Assembly (NCBI GenBank): GCA_963830915.1
Contig: CAWHOE010000064.1
Span: 32,001-96,000 of the forward strand
Origin: a candidate division FCPU426 bacterium
Lineage (GTDB): Bacteria > Oederibacteriota > Muellerivitia > Muellerivitales > Muellerivitaceae
DNA: 64,000 nucleotides
Reading direction: 5' to 3'
The translations under genes were made by a program, and so were the position numbers. How positions within the stretch are numbered: position 1 is the first letter of the stretch; each line of letters starts with the position of its first letter. The notes below the pieces were generated by a model, which did no database searches, was not told the origin of the DNA, and saw only the letters and a list, made by a program, of their open reading frames with translations. Positions 59,933 to 64,000 of the stretch are shown here, in pieces.

Positions 59933-61337
59933 AAAAGAAAAAATGGTTTGGCTCGATTCTCTCGCGGCCCGCATGACCCTCTGGTACACCCTGTCCGCCT
60001 TCCTATTGCTCTTGACAGCCTCCGGTTTTCTTTACCGAGCCCTTTCCGACGGTCTGGACCACGAGAATGACCATCTTCTTTCCGAGAATTTCCAAAGTTT
60101 GACCGCCTATATGAAAAAGAACCCTGATGACCTGAATGACCTCCAGCAGTTCGTGGGGGAAACACCCAAGTGGTACCGGACGACCTCTTTCTGGACTCGT
60201 ATCTTGGACGGGGACAAGGTCTTGACCGAGACTCCCGGGATGTCACAAACCTTGCCCATCACTTTATTTTCCACAGGTTCCCCAACCAGTTGGAATTCAA
60301 CGATCCATTCCCAGGACGGACGACCCTTCCGGCTTTTATCGGCTCAAGGTCTTTGGCCTGGATATATCCGCCCGAACGTCAATGTCCAGATGGCCATCGA
60401 CATGGAATCGGATGAGGATATCCTTAGAAAATTCCGGAAAAAACTTTTCAAAGTACTTGGGTTTTGCCTTTTAGCCTGCGCCTTGGTCGGTTATTGGATC
60501 GCCCATCGGGGCATCCGGCCCGTCCGGAAGATCGCCGATACCGCCGCGCGGATCGGGTCCAGCACCCTCTATGAGCGCCTGGACCGGTCCGGGCTTCCCT
60601 CAGAACTTTCCGACCTGGCCGGTACTTTCAACGACATGCTGGACCGTCTGGAGGATTCCTTTGCCCGACTTTCCCGTTTCAGCTCCGACATCGCCCACGA
60701 GCTTCGCACACCCCTCCAGAACCTGCGGGGCGAGGCGGAAGTGGTCCTGAGCAAGGAACGTCCGCCAAGCGAATATCAGGACCTGCTGGGTTCCTCCCTG
60801 GAAGAATACCAGCGTCTTTCCAACCTCATCGACAGCCTTCTGTTCCTGGCCAGGGCGGAAGACCCCCAGACCCAGATCCGGCGGGAAGAGCTGGACCTCA
60901 AGAAAGAATTGGGCCTGCTCCATGACTTTTACGGCCTTTCGGCGGGAGAATCGGGCATCGTCTTGCGGGTGGAGGCGCCGGATGATTTACGGGCGAACTT
61001 GGACCGTTCCCTATTCCAAAGGGCGGTGGGCAACCTGGTGGAGAATTCCCTGAAACATACCCCTTCCGGCGGGACGATCCTTTTAAAGGCCGCGTCCGCC
61101 GCGGGAAAAGCCGTCATCGAGGTTTCGGACACCGGAAGGGGCATTCCCCCGGACCAGCTTTCCCGGGTCTTCGACCGTTTCTACCGGGTGGATCCCTCGC
61201 GCGCTCCCTCGTCCGGCGGGACGGGGTTGGGGCTTTCCATCGTGAAGAGCATCATGGACCTGCATGGCGGGACCGTGGAGATCCTCAGCGTTCCCTCCCA
61301 GGGGACCACCGTCACCCTTTTCTTCCCTTCTGTCTAA
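59910..61337 (+). CDS. Heavy-metal sensor kinase (CusS/CzcS/IrlS-like)
   Basis: Two TM helices, [24 protein letters not shown]. Confidence 0.92.
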   Translation: MSSKIVVKKEKMVWLDSLAARMTLWYTLSAFLLLLTASGFLYRALSDGLDHENDHLLSENFQSLTAYMKKNPDDLNDLQQFVGETPKWYRTTSFWTRILDGDKVLTETPGMSQTLPITLFSTGSPTSWNSTIHSQDGRPFRLLSAQGLWPGYIRPNVNVQMAIDMESDEDILRKFRKKLFKVLGFCLLACALVGYWIAHRGIRPVRKIADTAARIGSSTLYERLDRSGLPSELSDLAGTFNDMLDRLEDSFARLSRFSSDIAHELRTPLQNLRGEAEVVLSKERPPSEYQDLLGSSLEEYQRLSNLIDSLLFLARAEDPQTQIRREELDLKKELGLLHDFYGLSAGESGIVLRVEAPDDLRANLDRSLFQRAVGNLVENSLKHTPSGGTILLKAASAAGKAVIEVSDTGRGIPPDQLSRVFDRFYRVDPSRAPSSGGTGLGLSIVKSIMDLHGGTVEILSVPSQGTTVTLFFPSV

Positions 61338-61425
61338 TATAGAGACCTAAAACCCAGACCGGACGACACTATCGCCCGATCCTTTCGTCCAATGGACCGG
61401 AATCGATCGACGGTATACTGACAGC

Positions 61426-62331
61426 ATGAAGGATATCCACATGGAAACTCGCAAACTCTATCAAAGCCTATCATTCTGGACAGCCCTGGTTCTGGCGGGC
61501 CTGATCGCCGGACTTTTGCTTTTTTCCCCGAAGGCCTTCGGCGGCAAGGTGGAAACCTGTGCCCGTTATCAAGGCGTGACCGTCGGGAATTACATCGTCC
61601 AGACCGACTATTGGAACCAGGACAAGTGCCCCGGCGCCCAATGCTTGAGCGTGGACGACCAGACCGGTTCCTACACCGTGACCAAGGGAACCTTCGACTG
61701 CGGCTATTCGGTGGCGTCCTACCCTTCGATACTCTACGGCAGCGCCTTCGGGAGCGTCAGTCCCAACAGCGACCTGCCGGCCCAGGTCAGCTCGCTGAAA
61801 TGCGTGAATAGCAGCTGGAGTTTCCAGCCCACCAACACCGGGGCTTGGGACGCGGCCTATGACATTTGGTTCTGTCCCGATAACACCTGCGGGCCCAGCG
61901 GGTTCAAGGGCGGGCTTGAGCTGATGATCTGGATCGATTACCGGAACACCAACGGATGGAAGAACGACCTGGGCCCTGTGACGATCGACGGGATGGATTG
62001 GGAAGTTTGGCAATTCATGGACGAAGCCGGGGATCATCATCAATACGTCGCGTACCTGCCCAACCCGCCCATGACCTCGGTCGAGAACCTGGACCTCAAG
62101 CCCTTTTTCGACGATTCCCAGGCCCGGGGTTATTTGAAGCCTTCCTGGTACCTATACGCGGTCGAGGTGGGCAACGAAATGAAGAAAGACGGCGTCCCCT
62201 TCACCAGCAAGAGCTTCTCGGTCTCGGTGAACAAGGATTGCGGGGCCAAACCCATCTTTACCGCTCTGCCCACCTTCACGCCCACCGCCACACCCGACAC
62301 GTCCCCGCTGGTGATCCCGCCCCCACCTTGA
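61426..62331 (+). CDS. GH12-family secreted endoglucanase/xyloglucanase
   Basis: SYPSI, AAYDIW, ELMIW nucleophile, VEVGNE acid/base, Pro/Thr tail. Confidence 0.88.
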   Translation: MKDIHMETRKLYQSLSFWTALVLAGLIAGLLLFSPKAFGGKVETCARYQGVTVGNYIVQTDYWNQDKCPGAQCLSVDDQTGSYTVTKGTFDCGYSVASYPSILYGSAFGSVSPNSDLPAQVSSLKCVNSSWSFQPTNTGAWDAAYDIWFCPDNTCGPSGFKGGLELMIWIDYRNTNGWKNDLGPVTIDGMDWEVWQFMDEAGDHHQYVAYLPNPPMTSVENLDLKPFFDDSQARGYLKPSWYLYAVEVGNEMKKDGVPFTSKSFSVSVNKDCGAKPIFTALPTFTPTATPDTSPLVIPPPP

Positions 62332-62472
62332 GGCTTACACTTTTTTTCCTAAACTAACCGGGTCGAGGTTTATTAAAAACACCTCAACACGGTTCTGTAT
62401 CACTAACCTGCCAAATCTTCACCTCGCGAGAAGATTTTTAGGCCGCAAACCTGTAACTTGCCGCGAAGATAG

Positions 62473-62628
62473 TTGTTCCCCCCTTTGAAAAAGGGGGGTA
62501 TTAGTCGTTGCCGAGGTAGTCCAAAAATCTAACTCCCCCTCACTCCCCCTCTTTCATGCTGTTCCTCATATGAAATTAAAATAATGAGAACGGTATAGTG
62601 CTTTAGCACAGAGGGGGATATATGGGTG
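62473..62628. repeat. Composite palindromic element, copy C (with 54-bp insert)
   Basis: Reverse complement of about 50007-50166, insert nearly identical. Confidence 0.75.
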
Positions 62629-62673
62629 TCATCCACAATTTTCAAATATCCCATTCATCCCATGAATCTGTGG

Positions 62674-63258
62674 CTAATTTTTGATTTTTTTCGAATGGCA
62701 AAAACAATTGGTCACGTGGTCGTTCACCATGCCGACCGCCTGCATGTGGGCATAGATGACGGTCGGGCCGAGGAACTTGAACCCGCGTTTTTTCAGGTCT
62801 TTCGCCCAGGCTTCCGCCTCCGGGATCACGGCGGGGATGTCCCTCATGGTCTTGATCTTGTGGTCGATGGTCCGGTTCTTGACCCAACCCCACATATAGG
62901 AAGCGAAGGACCCGAATTCCTTTTGGACTTCCATGAACCGGGCCGCGTTGTTGATGGCCGCCTTGATCTTGGCCCTATTGCGTACGATGCCAGCGTCCTT
63001 CATCAGCCTGGCCACATCCTTCGCCTTGAACCGCGCGACCTTTTTATAGTCGAAGCGGGCGAAGTCCTTCCTGAAATTCTCCCTTTTACGAAGCACAACG
63101 CGCCAGGAAAGCCCCGCCTGGAAGGATTCCAGGATGAGGAACTCGAATAGCTTCCGATCGTCATGGACCGGGACGCCCCATTCCTTATCGTGGTAGTCGA
63201 TCATTAGGCGGTCTTCGGTCCCGGGCCAGGGACATCTTTTGACGGTTCGAACGGTCAC
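62674..63258 (-). CDS. tag: DNA-3-methyladenine glycosylase I
   Basis: RCPW, YHDKEWG, ESFQAGLSW, GMVNDH...C. Confidence 0.95.
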   Translation of the reverse strand: MTVRTVKRCPWPGTEDRLMIDYHDKEWGVPVHDDRKLFEFLILESFQAGLSWRVVLRKRENFRKDFARFDYKKVARFKAKDVARLMKDAGIVRNRAKIKAAINNAARFMEVQKEFGSFASYMWGWVKNRTIDHKIKTMRDIPAVIPEAEAWAKDLKKRGFKFLGPTVIYAHMQAVGMVNDHVTNCFCHSKKIKN

Positions 63259-63280
63259 GCTAAGGCTCCCTTTTGCTTGG

Positions 63281-64000
63281 CTATTTCTTGGCGTCCAACT
63301 TTTCCAGGAACAGATAACGGTCCCGGTGGTTGTCCGGCTTCACCTGGGGATCGGCGCTTAAATGCATCACTTGGTAATGGGTCTTCGCTTTATAGACCGG
63401 CCATTGGGGCAATCCGGGGCCGTTGGGGTCTCCCGTCTTGGCGAAGTTGGTCCAATAGGTCATCATCAGGTCGGACAGGGTTTGGTTTTCCGGCCTCCAG
63501 GGAAGCTTCTTGGACGCCAGGACCCCGAAAACGAACTCGATCTCGGAAGAATGGTAAGCGCCCGGCGATTCTTTCTTTCCTTCCGCCGGAGGCAAGGCCT
63601 GGTCGAACTCGTAACGGTAAACGGGTTTCTTGCCTGTGGCCCTCTGCGCCTCGATCCATTTCCAGGTGGAAAAGGCGATGAACTGGTCCCCCGCCCAATC
63701 CCCGACGGCCCGCTTGATCTCGGTCTCCGTTTCACCGCCATAGAGTCCCAGGAAAGCCTGGGCCTTGTCCCCGAAACGTTCCTTCGCCAATTTTTCCAGA
63801 TTTTCTTTCGTCGGCTCGCCCTTCAAGACCCAGGAATAGTTCCCCTCGTCAGCGTTCCAACCCGCCAGGAGCGGGACATGGCTTTGTTGACCAGCGCCGT
63901 AGATCTTATCCAAACCCTCAGGCAGGAATGTCCCGTCGATATCCGCCCCGAACTGGATGTGCCCCGGTTTCAGGCTGGCTTTCAGCAATTCATCGGCCGT
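63281..64000 (-). CDS. Type-B carboxylesterase, 5' part beyond the window
   Basis: GWNADEG (Glu), GAYHSSEI (His), YWTNFAKTGDPNG. Confidence 0.9.
   Translation of the reverse strand, partial: TADELLKASLKPGHIQFGADIDGTFLPEGLDKIYGAGQQSHVPLLAGWNADEGNYSWVLKGEPTKENLEKLAKERFGDKAQAFLGLYGGETETEIKRAVGDWAGDQFIAFSTWKWIEAQRATGKKPVYRYEFDQALPPAEGKKESPGAYHSSEIEFVFGVLASKKLPWRPENQTLSDLMMTYWTNFAKTGDPNGPGLPQWPVYKAKTHYQVMHLSADPQVKPDNHRDRYLFLEKLDAKK

Overview
64 kb of chromosome from a diderm bacterium (moderately GC-rich coding regions, AT-rich spacers; taxon not determinable from sequence alone). 1-11.7 kb is housekeeping: a sigma54-driven APC permease-PII fusion, four tRNAs (Ser-GGA, Ala-CGC, Arg-ACG, Asn-GTT), tadA, SRP RNA and dnaX-ybaB-recR. 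11.8-31 kb holds rmlBAC, secreted proteins, uppP and a signalling block (NtrC-family activator, PAS hybrid kinases). 31.8-45.7 kb is a redox/iron island: Crp/Fnr regulator, acyl-CoA ligase-GNAT, RegB-like kinase, cytochrome c, Cyc2-like cytochrome-porin, VIT1, Rieske/cytochrome b with two fused c-hemes, and a hemerythrin-like protein. Five copies of a (T/G)ATGA-N6-TCATA palindrome tie this island together, four of them exactly 21 nt before a -10-like hexamer. 45.7-61.3 kb is a TonB-receptor/ExbBD/TonB/YncE/COG4705/phosphoesterase cluster divergent from a CusRS/CzcRS-like system, followed by GH12, tag and a partial carboxylesterase. Non-coding highlights are a ~115-nt structured element repeated directly after the stop codons of two outer-membrane barrel genes, a GIY-YIG nuclease embedded in a remodelled pseudo-tRNA-Ser, and several families of palindromic or MITE-like repeats. 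At least five single-base frameshifts are probably assembly errors. No CRISPR array, rRNA, integrase or transposase was seen.
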